DNA of 64,000 bases, taken from positions 192,001 to 256,000 of the forward strand of contig OZ223209.1 of NCBI GenBank assembly GCA_965140415.1. Reading direction: 5' to 3'. Below, in pieces: positions 38,909 to 47,988 of this stretch (positions are counted from its first letter, which is position 1; every line of letters starts with the position of its first letter). The notes beneath the pieces are model-generated. The model was given only the letters and a program-made list of their open reading frames with translations, had not been told where the DNA came from and made no database searches. A program made the translations under genes and the position numbers. The DNA comes from Myxococcota bacterium. Lineage in GTDB: Bacteria > Myxococcota_A > SURF-8.

Positions 38909-39254
38909 AAGCAAAAAATCGAGAGTTTTCAAGGGGATTTTCCGCTTTGCTGAACTTTTAAGCAAATTCGATTTTCTTAGTTCTTTCAATGGTTTATGTG
39001 GTTGACCTTATGAAGGCGAAAAAGGAAGCATTGCCGATTTGCCGAGCAGGGTCAGAAGTAAGTCACAATCCACAGACGCTCAATTCTGCTAGACGCTTGA
39101 AAATGCTGTATTTCTTTCCAAATACAGTGGAATTGCAACCCGATTTCGGGAAAAGCATTGACGTCAAACCTGCCTGAGGGTACCCTAAGATGTTCCGTAA
39201 TCGAATCAATGGGTTTATACCAACGAACGTCAGACGTGAATTCAAGGAAGAAGG

Positions 39255-40499
39255 ATGAGACAGTCAATCCGCTCTCTGATTGCCGGTATCGTACTTGTAA
39301 CGTTTTGGGTCAGCCTGTCCAGTGTGGGATGGGCCGCTGCTATTGGTGGGCATTCCTCTGACGGGGTATTGCTGCTGAGCGCCGCAAAGAAAAGTACGAA
39401 GAAAAAGAGTAAGAAAAAGAAATCTGTCAAGAAATCAAAGGCTAAGACAAAGCCGGTCGAGCAAAAGAAGGAAAAAGCGCCCGCACAGGACGATGCCGAC
39501 CTGTTCAGCGACGATGCCGCCGGAGCCTCATCGGAGCCTCAAGCGGAGAGCCAGCCGCAAATGGTTTCGGTGTTACTCGATCTGAGTCCCGCAGACGCTT
39601 CGGAAGCGGTGGCCCAGTTGGCTTACGACAGCATTCTGGAGACTCTGCGACTCGCACCTGATCTGGGAGAGATCCTCTCGCGTGAGGATCTGGGCAAGGA
39701 GACGATCTACCGCCACGTCGTCAAAACCTGTCGGGGGATGGACAACTACCGCTGCCTGCGAAGTTTCGCGGCGGCCATCAATGCTCGTATCGCCTTTTTC
39801 GGCGAGATTCGCGATCTGGACGATTTGTACCTGGTTTACATTGAAATGCTCGATGTCAAAACCGGGCGCTCGATGGACTCGATCCGGGTACAGGTTGCGA
39901 AACCAGGTAAAGATTTGCGCGAAGTGGTGGCACAGGCCACTTGTAGATTGACCCGGCCCTTTGGCTGTGAACGCCAGGGACCGCCCGTCTACGCAGAGCC
40001 GGTCGCTCCGGTGGGAAGTACCACTCCGCCCTTGACGGCTTTGGAGGAGCTGCCGCAGGATTCTCCTTTGGAACAACGTCCGGTTGTCGGTCAGACGGAT
40101 GATTCCGGGGCATTGGGCGTACAGGCGCGGCAACGGCGCGAAGCGGAAAAGTTAAGTGGAATGGAAATCGGCGGCTGGGTGCTGGCCAGTTTGGGTGTCG
40201 GTGCGGCAGCGGGTGGCATCGCGATGACCGTATTGATGTACCAGGCCAAAGATGACTACGATAACGCTACAACGAAACAGCAGGCCGAGGATCATAAAGA
40301 CACGACCCTGTCCCGGCAGTGGACCTCTATCGGCCTGTATGCGGGTGCAGCGGCTTTGGGAGCTGTAGGAATCGGGTTGATTATCGCCGGCTATCAAAAG
40401 CGCAAGCAGGCCGGTTCGGGAGGTGGAGTCGAGACTCCCTGGATCGCCCCCGCGATCTCTCCCGAAGGTGCCGGAGTGGTGCTGGGTACGAGCTTCTAG
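39255..40499 (+). CDS. Secreted/envelope protein with Lys-rich N-terminal tract
   Basis: Signal peptide, KKSTKKKSKKKK tract, C..C domain, two Gly-rich hydrophobic helices, C-terminal GVVLGTSF. Confidence 0.7.
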   Translation: MRQSIRSLIAGIVLVTFWVSLSSVGWAAAIGGHSSDGVLLLSAAKKSTKKKSKKKKSVKKSKAKTKPVEQKKEKAPAQDDADLFSDDAAGASSEPQAESQPQMVSVLLDLSPADASEAVAQLAYDSILETLRLAPDLGEILSREDLGKETIYRHVVKTCRGMDNYRCLRSFAAAINARIAFFGEIRDLDDLYLVYIEMLDVKTGRSMDSIRVQVAKPGKDLREVVAQATCRLTRPFGCERQGPPVYAEPVAPVGSTTPPLTALEELPQDSPLEQRPVVGQTDDSGALGVQARQRREAEKLSGMEIGGWVLASLGVGAAAGGIAMTVLMYQAKDDYDNATTKQQAEDHKDTTLSRQWTSIGLYAGAAALGAVGIGLIIAGYQKRKQAGSGGGVETPWIAPAISPEGAGVVLGTSF

Positions 40500-40526
40500 T
40501 GTTGCAATCTACGTAAAGGAAATCCG

Positions 40527-42926
40527 ATGAGTGAGCAGCAGCTACTGAGATCTTCCCACCTGATAACGCTGGCTTTACTGGTTTTGCTGGCAATCGGTGG
40601 TTGTTCGAAATTCGATAATCCGGTGGAGTTGGACGGCGGCAGCAGTACACCTAGTGTCACCGGGGCTGTTACAGTGAACATCAATGGCATCGATCCCACC
40701 GCCACCGTTTTGGTGGTTGAACTCGATTGGGCCGAGTCCAGTAATGCCCCCGAAGCATTGTTGCGTAAAACCGTGGCGTTGGATGGCCGTTTCGGTGAAC
40801 TTTCCTTCACCATCGATGGCCTGGGCGCAGGAATCGGCACCGCGCATGCGGGAACGTTTGTCGGATCGCTGCCCTGGCAGGAAGTGATGGACAGCGAACC
40901 GGTGCAACTCGAGGAAAACGAGCAGAAGAGTGTAACCATCGACCTGGTCGCACCGGATGGCGACGTCGATTTCAACTTCGATTTCGATCCCTTGGGACCG
41001 GATGGGGATACCGTAGACGGCGATACGACTGACGGCGATGCAACCGACGGCGACACCACCGACGGTGATTTGACCGACGGTGACGACGATATTGACACGC
41101 AGCCGTGGACGCCTTCCGCAATTTTTGATGTGCCCTATACGCCCAACGAGCCCGATTTCAACGGTGAGGTGGATCGCTTCAACGAATGGTACTATTCCGA
41201 TGTGGTCGAATTCGCTACCGCAGCCGGTTCGGGGACGCAGGTCTTCGCCATGCATACCACCGACCGGTTGTATCTTGCAGCGGTCATTCCGAGCATGATG
41301 TCCAGCAGCGAAGAAAACGACAGCTTCGGCTTTGCCTTCGATCCCGACATCGAAACGCCCGGCGACGAGTTCGTGCTGTATTTCTCGCGTCTACAGGCGA
41401 TTCAGTCCTGTCAGGCACTGGGTCAGCCGACCTGTTTGAGCCTGCCAATCGGTCAGAGCAACGCTTACAAGCTGCGCCAGTCCGAATGGGCGCTGGGTTG
41501 GCAACTGGAAGTTTATGTAACCTATAATGCGCTGGGAATATTGCAGAACATTCCCAAGCGCATGCGCTTTGCGGTGATCAACGAAGACAATAACCAGCTT
41601 TACTACTGGCCCAACGCCGATGTGGACATCGAAGACATTCTCAGTTGGGGTGCTATGGAAAGCAGTGATGACTGGGGGTATGTGAATTACCCCGATGGCG
41701 ACACGCCAGTGGATGGCGACACGCCTGTGGATGGTGACACGCCTGTCGATGGTGACACGCCTGTCGATGGTGACACGCCTGTTGACGGCGATACGCCGGT
41801 TGACGGCGATACGCCGGTCGATGGCGACACACCGGTCGATGGTGACCAGCCGATCGATGGGGATTCCGACGGCGATGCGGAGATCAGCGAAGGCGATCCG
41901 GGGTTCTGTGTGCCCTATCGCAAATACTGCTTCGAGGACAATGGCGATTGGTACATGCGTCCCTGCAACTTCGATGGTACCGCGTTTGCCGATAACGTAT
42001 GGTGCCACGATCCCAACGGCTGCACAGACGATCTGTGCATCGAGGGTGAAATTGGTTGCTATTACGAACCGAATTCAGCTCCCTGTGACGATGGCAACTT
42101 CTGTACGGAAAACGATACCTGCGGTGGAGGGACTTGCAGTGGTGACGCAATCGATTGTGACGACGGCAACGAATGCACCTACGATGAACCCCGCAGCAAT
42201 CTGCCGGGCTGCTGCCTGTATACGGCCACCAATTTCGATCAGGCCTGCGACGATCACGACGAATGCACGACCGACACAACCTGCAACAATAACGGTGAAT
42301 GCACCAACGCCACGGTAATCCCCGGTTGTTGCACCGGTCACCCGGACATGGTCAAGCTTTCCGGTGATGTCTGCATCGATAAGTATGAAAGCGTCATTGC
42401 CGATGAGCCTTACTGCGCCGGATTGGGTGGCACACGCTATGGTGAATCGTCGGATGATTACCCGGAAAACGGTTTCCCGGACAATGTTTCGAGCAGCACC
42501 CAGACCACGATTCTTTACGCCTGCCAGCTTGCAGGGGACATTCCATCAAGTTTCATGACTTACAGCCAGGCATTGACCGCCTGCGAAAATTCCGACAAGC
42601 GCCTGTGCAGTGAAAGCGAATTCACACAAGCCTGCGGCGGGGCGTCGTCGCAGAGCTATCCCTATGGTGACAGCTATCTTGGAAGCGTGTGCAATGGCTC
42701 CGACGCCGGCATTTCCGTGGCGGCATGTGGCAATTACGCCAGTTGCGAACGCGATGGCGTGTACGATCTGTCCGGCAATCTGGAGGAATGGAGCAGCGAG
42801 CAGACCGCTTGTGGCGGCTCCTTCAATTCCCTGGAAAGCGATTTGACCTGTAGTTCCTGTGAAGTTCGCAATCCGGCTGGCGCTACCGTGGTGCGTGGCC
42901 TGCGCTGCTGCATCGATCAGGATTAG
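40527..42926 (+). CDS. Multidomain lipoprotein: DGD linkers, CBM9/DOMON-like domain, Cys-rich CDDGNxCT repeats, FGE-sulfatase-like C-terminus
   Basis: Lipobox IGGC; IDKYE, KRLCSESEF, YPYG, DLSGNLEEW, GLRCC. Confidence 0.82.
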   Translation: MSEQQLLRSSHLITLALLVLLAIGGCSKFDNPVELDGGSSTPSVTGAVTVNINGIDPTATVLVVELDWAESSNAPEALLRKTVALDGRFGELSFTIDGLGAGIGTAHAGTFVGSLPWQEVMDSEPVQLEENEQKSVTIDLVAPDGDVDFNFDFDPLGPDGDTVDGDTTDGDATDGDTTDGDLTDGDDDIDTQPWTPSAIFDVPYTPNEPDFNGEVDRFNEWYYSDVVEFATAAGSGTQVFAMHTTDRLYLAAVIPSMMSSSEENDSFGFAFDPDIETPGDEFVLYFSRLQAIQSCQALGQPTCLSLPIGQSNAYKLRQSEWALGWQLEVYVTYNALGILQNIPKRMRFAVINEDNNQLYYWPNADVDIEDILSWGAMESSDDWGYVNYPDGDTPVDGDTPVDGDTPVDGDTPVDGDTPVDGDTPVDGDTPVDGDTPVDGDQPIDGDSDGDAEISEGDPGFCVPYRKYCFEDNGDWYMRPCNFDGTAFADNVWCHDPNGCTDDLCIEGEIGCYYEPNSAPCDDGNFCTENDTCGGGTCSGDAIDCDDGNECTYDEPRSNLPGCCLYTATNFDQACDDHDECTTDTTCNNNGECTNATVIPGCCTGHPDMVKLSGDVCIDKYESVIADEPYCAGLGGTRYGESSDDYPENGFPDNVSSSTQTTILYACQLAGDIPSSFMTYSQALTACENSDKRLCSESEFTQACGGASSQSYPYGDSYLGSVCNGSDAGISVAACGNYASCERDGVYDLSGNLEEWSSEQTACGGSFNSLESDLTCSSCEVRNPAGATVVRGLRCCIDQD
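41694..41855 (+). repeat. 18-bp coding tandem repeat, (DGDTPV)x8 plus DGDQPI
   Basis: Nine units read directly; the eight DGDTPV units differ only at synonymous positions. Confidence 0.95.
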
Positions 42927-42941
42927 AAACGGGGAACGCAG

Positions 42942-43394
42942 ATGCGGGTGGTAGCGCAGCGAGTCAGCCGTGCTTCGGTAACGGTCGATGGTGAAACGCT
43001 TGGCGAGATCAGGTGCGGCTTGCTGTTACTCGTTTCGGCGGGTCAGGACGATACCGACCGGGATCTGGAATGGATGGCAAACCGGGTGCTGAATCTGCGC
43101 GTATTTCCCGATGAAAAAGACCGCATGAATCGCAGCGTGCTGGATGTCTCCGGCGAACTGCTGGTTATCAGTCAATTCACTCTACATGGGGACTGCCGCA
43201 AGGGGCATCGCCCCAGCTTTGTACGTGCCATGGCCCCCGATGCTGCAAAAGATTTCTTCGACCGCTTTCTAAAGCGATTGGAAACGAGCGAGTTGAGTAA
43301 GGTCGCTACCGGTCGTTTCGGTGCGAACATGCAGGTTTCGCTGATCAACGACGGTCCCGTAACTCTGCTAATCGATTCGAAGAAAGAATTCTAG
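42942..43394 (+). CDS. dtd: D-aminoacyl-tRNA deacylase
   Basis: MRVVAQRV..ASV, SQFTL, RPSF, NDGPVT. Confidence 0.96.
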   Translation: MRVVAQRVSRASVTVDGETLGEIRCGLLLLVSAGQDDTDRDLEWMANRVLNLRVFPDEKDRMNRSVLDVSGELLVISQFTLHGDCRKGHRPSFVRAMAPDAAKDFFDRFLKRLETSELSKVATGRFGANMQVSLINDGPVTLLIDSKKEF

Positions 43395-44105
43395 AGAAAG
43401 GCCGAAAGCGCCAGCCGCGTCAGCGGACCGATCCCCGCAACGGTTTCCATCACCTCGAAAACCCAGTTGCATCGTCCCAGTTCTTCCGCCTGTTTCGTCA
43501 AAGCCGCCATCTGGCCGGACGCCAGCTGAAACGTGGAGAAATGCGCCTCGATCAGCGTTTTGATCTCGGTCGGCATGACTTGCAGCAGACGTTGCTTCCA
43601 GGCGCTTTCGGTCGTCAAACTTCCAGAGGCACCGGCCAGTCCGTATTCCCGCAAGAGCGCTTTGGCCGCGTTTCTCGCCTGGGTCATGATTTTCACCTGT
43701 AACTGTCGAGTTCTCAGCACCGAACGCAATTTCCGCATCGATTCGGGAGGCAATCGTACTTCCCGTAAAAGCGCACCGGTACGCAGATTCGTACACAGAT
43801 CCTGCGCGTCGCGGGCGTCGGTCTTTTTCTTTTTTTAAGCGGGTTTTGCTGGCCACCTCGTCGGCAGGATACACGTGCGGATCTCCTCCCAATTCGGCGA
43901 TGATGCCGCTGACAACGTAAGCTTTCGAGCAGGCTTCCATGCCGACCGAAGAGCTGGGGTGTTCTTGCAGTACGGATGCGTGCGCTTTTTTCAAGCCATT
44001 GAAATCCGTCGGGTATGAATCGAGCTGCACTTGCTTTCCTTCTTCATCTTGAATGCAGAATGTCGTTGACTTCTGATGCACGTCTAATCCAATACAAAAC
44101 GATTT
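43391..44105 (-). pseudogene. IS110-family transposase remnant (no start codon, frameshifted, 3'-truncated)
   Basis: FCIGLDVHQK, VGMEA; frameshift in the homopolymer tract near 43830 just before KTDARDA; ends soon after TVAGIGP. Confidence 0.85.
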
Positions 44106-44245
44106 GAAACACCGAAAAGCTCTTCAATGCAACTGTCCGGTTGACTTTTTTGTTCAACCCGCTATTCTGAATTTGTAAAGGCAGCGTTCTGGTTTACCAC
44201 GCACGATGTGTGCTGCGCGGATTACCATTAAAGACAAAGGTCGGT

Positions 44246-45148
44246 ATGACAGCGGACAAGCATAATCTTTCCGCTCCCATCGAGGATCTGCTGAACGAAC
44301 TGGCTCTCAGTCACCCCGAGTTGATCCTGCTTTGGGCGGAGAAAATGCGGCAGGTGGCCGCCGTTGCGGCGGGCGTCGCCCATGAAATCAACAATCCGCT
44401 AAGCGGCATCATGCAAGCCACGCAACTGCTCACGCGCGGGTTGGACATGACGCATCCGCGCACGAAAGATAAACTGACGGAATTCGGTTTTTCCGAGGCG
44501 GAACAGCAGAAACTGCAACAGTACATCGAACAGCGCGGCCTGCTGACTTTTACCGACATGATTCAGGATTGCGGAACGCGCACCGGTGAACTGGTATCCG
44601 ATTTTTTGCGTTATGCGCGGCGGGCTCCGCTAAAGGAACAGCCGGTCGAGTTGACCTCCCTGCTCGAGCAAACGTTAAAGCTCGTGCACCACGATGGCGA
44701 TCTGCGGCGTTTGGAGATGCACCAAAGCGTAGAAGTGACAACCGATTTTCGGGATGGTCTTGTTGAGGTACTCGGAGATCGGGTCATGATGCAGCAAGCC
44801 TTGATCGGCGTACTGCGTTTGTCGTTTTTACGCCTGCACCGGCATTGGAAATCCGTTCCGGAATTTTCACCGGAACTACGAATGACCGTGTTTCGGGAAG
44901 CGAATCAAAGCGGGGTCGTCTGGATCAGCGATAACAGCCCCGAACTTTCTCTGGCGCAACAGCAACGATTGCTGCCTCCGGATTCCCAACCGCTCAAGCC
45001 ACAGGGCGAGTTGTGGTTTGGATACGCTATCAGTCGGCGTATCGTGGAAAAAATCGGCAACGGTCGTTTTTCCATGTCCTGCCAATCCGGAAATCGTATT
45101 GAAATCGAGTGGCCGCTCGCAAGTTCTCAAGAAGGAAACCTGGAATGA
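44246..45148 (+). CDS. Sensor-less histidine kinase-like protein with degenerate ATPase domain
   Basis: Intact H-box AAGVAHEINNPL; N, G1 and G2 boxes degenerate. Confidence 0.75.
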   Translation: MTADKHNLSAPIEDLLNELALSHPELILLWAEKMRQVAAVAAGVAHEINNPLSGIMQATQLLTRGLDMTHPRTKDKLTEFGFSEAEQQKLQQYIEQRGLLTFTDMIQDCGTRTGELVSDFLRYARRAPLKEQPVELTSLLEQTLKLVHHDGDLRRLEMHQSVEVTTDFRDGLVEVLGDRVMMQQALIGVLRLSFLRLHRHWKSVPEFSPELRMTVFREANQSGVVWISDNSPELSLAQQQRLLPPDSQPLKPQGELWFGYAISRRIVEKIGNGRFSMSCQSGNRIEIEWPLASSQEGNLE

Positions 45149-45537
45149 CTCCCATTTCCGTGCTGATTATCGAAGACGAACCCTACATTCGCGACAGTCT
45201 GGCCGAGTTTCTGGTGGATGAAGGATTTATGGTGGAGATCGCGGAAAGCGGCGAAGAGGCTCTGGACTGCTACCGCAAACGCCGTTTTCACCTTTGCATC
45301 GTGGACATTCGACTGTCTGGTATGGACGGCACCCGCGCCATTCAGAAAATCAAGGATCTAGATCCGCAAACCCGAATTCTGGTTTTTACCGGCTCCTTGG
45401 AATTTCAGATCAATGCCGATCTGGCACGACTGGGATTGACGGAGGAAAACGTCGTCTATAAACCGGTCAGCGATCTGGATGTAATCCTGCGCAAGATAGA
45501 AGGTCTTGGTTTCCGCCTGCCCAATCCCGTGTCGTAA
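45145..45537 (+). CDS. Single-domain response regulator
   Basis: VLIIEDE, VDIRLSGMDG, FTG, KP; ATGA overlap with the upstream gene. Confidence 0.9.
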   Translation: MTPISVLIIEDEPYIRDSLAEFLVDEGFMVEIAESGEEALDCYRKRRFHLCIVDIRLSGMDGTRAIQKIKDLDPQTRILVFTGSLEFQINADLARLGLTEENVVYKPVSDLDVILRKIEGLGFRLPNPVS

Positions 45538-45561
45538 TTTCCTTTATTAGCGTTGCTTTAT

Positions 45562-45700
45562 TGTAGCGGCGAGGCGTAAGCCCGCCGAAAAGCACTAGTT
45601 GATTTCAGGGTGGCGCGGGCTAAACCGTAGGTTTGCCCGTGTTCGAGGGTCAGCTTCGTTTCTCTCCGCTTGGCCCATGGGCTTACGCACCGCTGCTACA
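45562..45700. repeat. REPIN-like element (inverted pair of GTAG-type REPs)
   Basis: TGTAGCGGCGAGGCGTAAGCCC at 45562 and an inverted copy at 45679-45700 (3 mismatches), between convergent genes. Confidence 0.7.
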
Positions 45701-45764
45701 GCAACTGTTATTGCTAAAAATGACAGAGAATCCGTTAATCGACCAACCGAAAGCCATCATGTGC

Positions 45765-46592
45765 TTAACGTAAGGTGGCCATGCCGGTCAGAAATTCCAT
45801 TTTCTCCGTGAATCCGAACGAGTGATACAAGCGCCTGGCAACCGGATTGGCTGAGGCCACGTTCAGCCCGATCAAGCGTCCCGGCGCTTCGATGTGCTGC
45901 AACAGCGCCTGCATGATGCCCGCTCCCCAGCCTCGACCACGGGCTTTCGGATCGACGCCGACACTGCCGATGGCCGCAATATTGGATTCTGGTACGAAAA
46001 TATGAGTGCCTCCCATGGCGACGAGCTTTCCCTGACTATCGAAACCACCTACAAACGGGTTCTGCTCGAACTGTGCCTGCGTGAACCAGATTTCCGGCAC
46101 CTGCTTATACAGTTTCCGGATATCGGGTAGATCTTCCGAAGTCAATTTTCGGATGCCGGAATGCGGCTCCTTTTTCGGGGTCTGTTGCGGGTTCGTTCGG
46201 ACCATGCGCATGTGCGGTTTGAGCCAATCGAAACGAAAACGCTGCTGAAAAGCATCCAGCATTTCCATGGGAAGATGAATGATCGCCCGGTGCGGAAGCG
46301 ATAACTGTTGCAGGCAGGCGAAAATCGCTTTGTTTTCACCGCCGCAGAGTAAGGCGGCGTTGTCACCGTCTTGAAAGTGCAGCCATACGCCCCGGATGTC
46401 GCCGGTTGCGGTTTCTCCGGTGTAGAATTGCGATTGGCTGGCGTAGGGTTCTTCCAGATCGCCTAGGAAATACAGGTAAGCTGCCGGATCGCTTTGTAAA
46501 AAACGACGCAACGTCGGATCGTTGGTGTTTCGCTGCCGGACCTGCAACGGTGCGATATCTTTGTTTTTGCCCGATTTTGGGGTTTGCTTCAT
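45765..46592 (-). CDS. GNAT-family acetyltransferase
   Basis: IGSVGVDPKARGRGWG, NVASANPVARRLYHSFGF. Confidence 0.88.
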   Translation of the reverse strand: MKQTPKSGKNKDIAPLQVRQRNTNDPTLRRFLQSDPAAYLYFLGDLEEPYASQSQFYTGETATGDIRGVWLHFQDGDNAALLCGGENKAIFACLQQLSLPHRAIIHLPMEMLDAFQQRFRFDWLKPHMRMVRTNPQQTPKKEPHSGIRKLTSEDLPDIRKLYKQVPEIWFTQAQFEQNPFVGGFDSQGKLVAMGGTHIFVPESNIAAIGSVGVDPKARGRGWGAGIMQALLQHIEAPGRLIGLNVASANPVARRLYHSFGFTEKMEFLTGMATLR

Positions 46593-47902
46593 GGAGTAAG
46601 TGTTTTTCGTAGCTGGAAGCGATCCAGCACCTGTTCGCCATTACCACTGTAAGCGGTTGCGCTTAATTCGCCGGCTTGCACCTGCACAACCACGTAATTT
46701 CCAAGCTTTCCATGCGCCGAGGTCGCCGTCCACCAGTTGCTGCCGTTGGAATAGCCGGGCGCGTAAAATCCACCGGCAACGACGTACACCGTGCCTTTGC
46801 CGTCAATAGCGCGCTTGCCGTTGCGGATCGGATGGCTGCGTTCGTAGTTGTGATCGTGTCCGGTGACGACCAAGTCCACGCCGTAGCGGTCGAACAGCGG
46901 TTCCCAATATTTTTGCAGATATCCGGTATTGCCGTGCCTGGACGAAGAATACACGGCGTGATGGCACATCACCACCGTCCAGCGCGTGGCGGGATCGGTG
47001 CTGGCTTTTTTCAAATCGCGTTCAAGCCAGGCGACTTGCTTTTTCGCGAATTTTTTGTTCAACGAATTCAAGCCGATCAAATGCACCCGGCCCACATCCA
47101 CCGACCAGGCGCTTTCCTGCAACTCGGAAGGCAGATTCGCATATCGTGGCAGAACGAACAATTCGTGGTACAAATCCCACTCCCGCTCGTGATTGCCGAT
47201 CACCGGCATCAATACCCGCGTCATCAGCACCGGTTGCATGGCGGAAAACCACTGCTGCCATTGCTGCGGTTCACCATCGTCGGTCATGTCGCCGGAAAAG
47301 AGCCAGAAGTCCGCTTCGATCTTGGCCAGCCGTTCGATGTTGTGCCGGATACCCTCGATGCCGCTACGGCTGTCACCGGCAACGACGAAGGTCAGTGGCG
47401 CATCGCTGCCTCGTTCGGGAGTGGTGCGGAAAGAACTCATGGGCGAAAGCGTCGGACGCACGAACATGCCCGACTGCGGATCGTGGCTTTCGAAATCGCC
47501 TGCACGATAGCGATATTCCGTATCCGGTTTCAGTCCGGTCAGGGTCACGCTCCAAAGCGGGCTGCGACCATCATGTTGTTGAATCGGCTGTGCCTCGCCG
47601 CTTTTAATTTGGCCGCCCATTGCCGCCGCGCGATTGTTCAATGCGGCAGGTGCATACCAGACCTTTGGAATATAGTTTTTAGTGGGTCGCGTCGTGCGCC
47701 ATTGGATGGTGATGCTGGTGGCGGGGTCGTCGCTCCAGCTTAGATGCAACGATTCCGGCTTGGAGGCGATCCGGGCGGATTCCGAACTTTGCACCTGTTC
47801 GGCGGCGTCCAATGACATCCACTGGAAGATTCCCACGCCCAGTAGCAGTGCGACAAACGGAATCCATAGCGCAGCCCGCAGCGATGTACGTTTTAACGAC
47901 AT
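46589..47902 (-). CDS. Purple acid phosphatase-like metallophosphoesterase with FN3 domain
   Basis: LTGLKPDTEYRY, GDS, GDM, GNHE, HH, GHDHNYER. Confidence 0.9.
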   Translation of the reverse strand: MSLKRTSLRAALWIPFVALLLGVGIFQWMSLDAAEQVQSSESARIASKPESLHLSWSDDPATSITIQWRTTRPTKNYIPKVWYAPAALNNRAAAMGGQIKSGEAQPIQQHDGRSPLWSVTLTGLKPDTEYRYRAGDFESHDPQSGMFVRPTLSPMSSFRTTPERGSDAPLTFVVAGDSRSGIEGIRHNIERLAKIEADFWLFSGDMTDDGEPQQWQQWFSAMQPVLMTRVLMPVIGNHEREWDLYHELFVLPRYANLPSELQESAWSVDVGRVHLIGLNSLNKKFAKKQVAWLERDLKKASTDPATRWTVVMCHHAVYSSSRHGNTGYLQKYWEPLFDRYGVDLVVTGHDHNYERSHPIRNGKRAIDGKGTVYVVAGGFYAPGYSNGSNWWTATSAHGKLGNYVVVQVQAGELSATAYSGNGEQVLDRFQLRKTLTP

Positions 47903-47988
47903 TGCGTCCTCCTCTCTCTGTCCGAGCTTACGAGGGGGAGAGGGATCCTGTCAAGTTGCTTGTCGGTGTCGTAAGAAGAATCGTGTGG

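Noticed and set aside
41694-41855. Possible CRISPR array
   Set aside because: Units are contiguous with no spacers, in frame and vary synonymously; no cas genes are present
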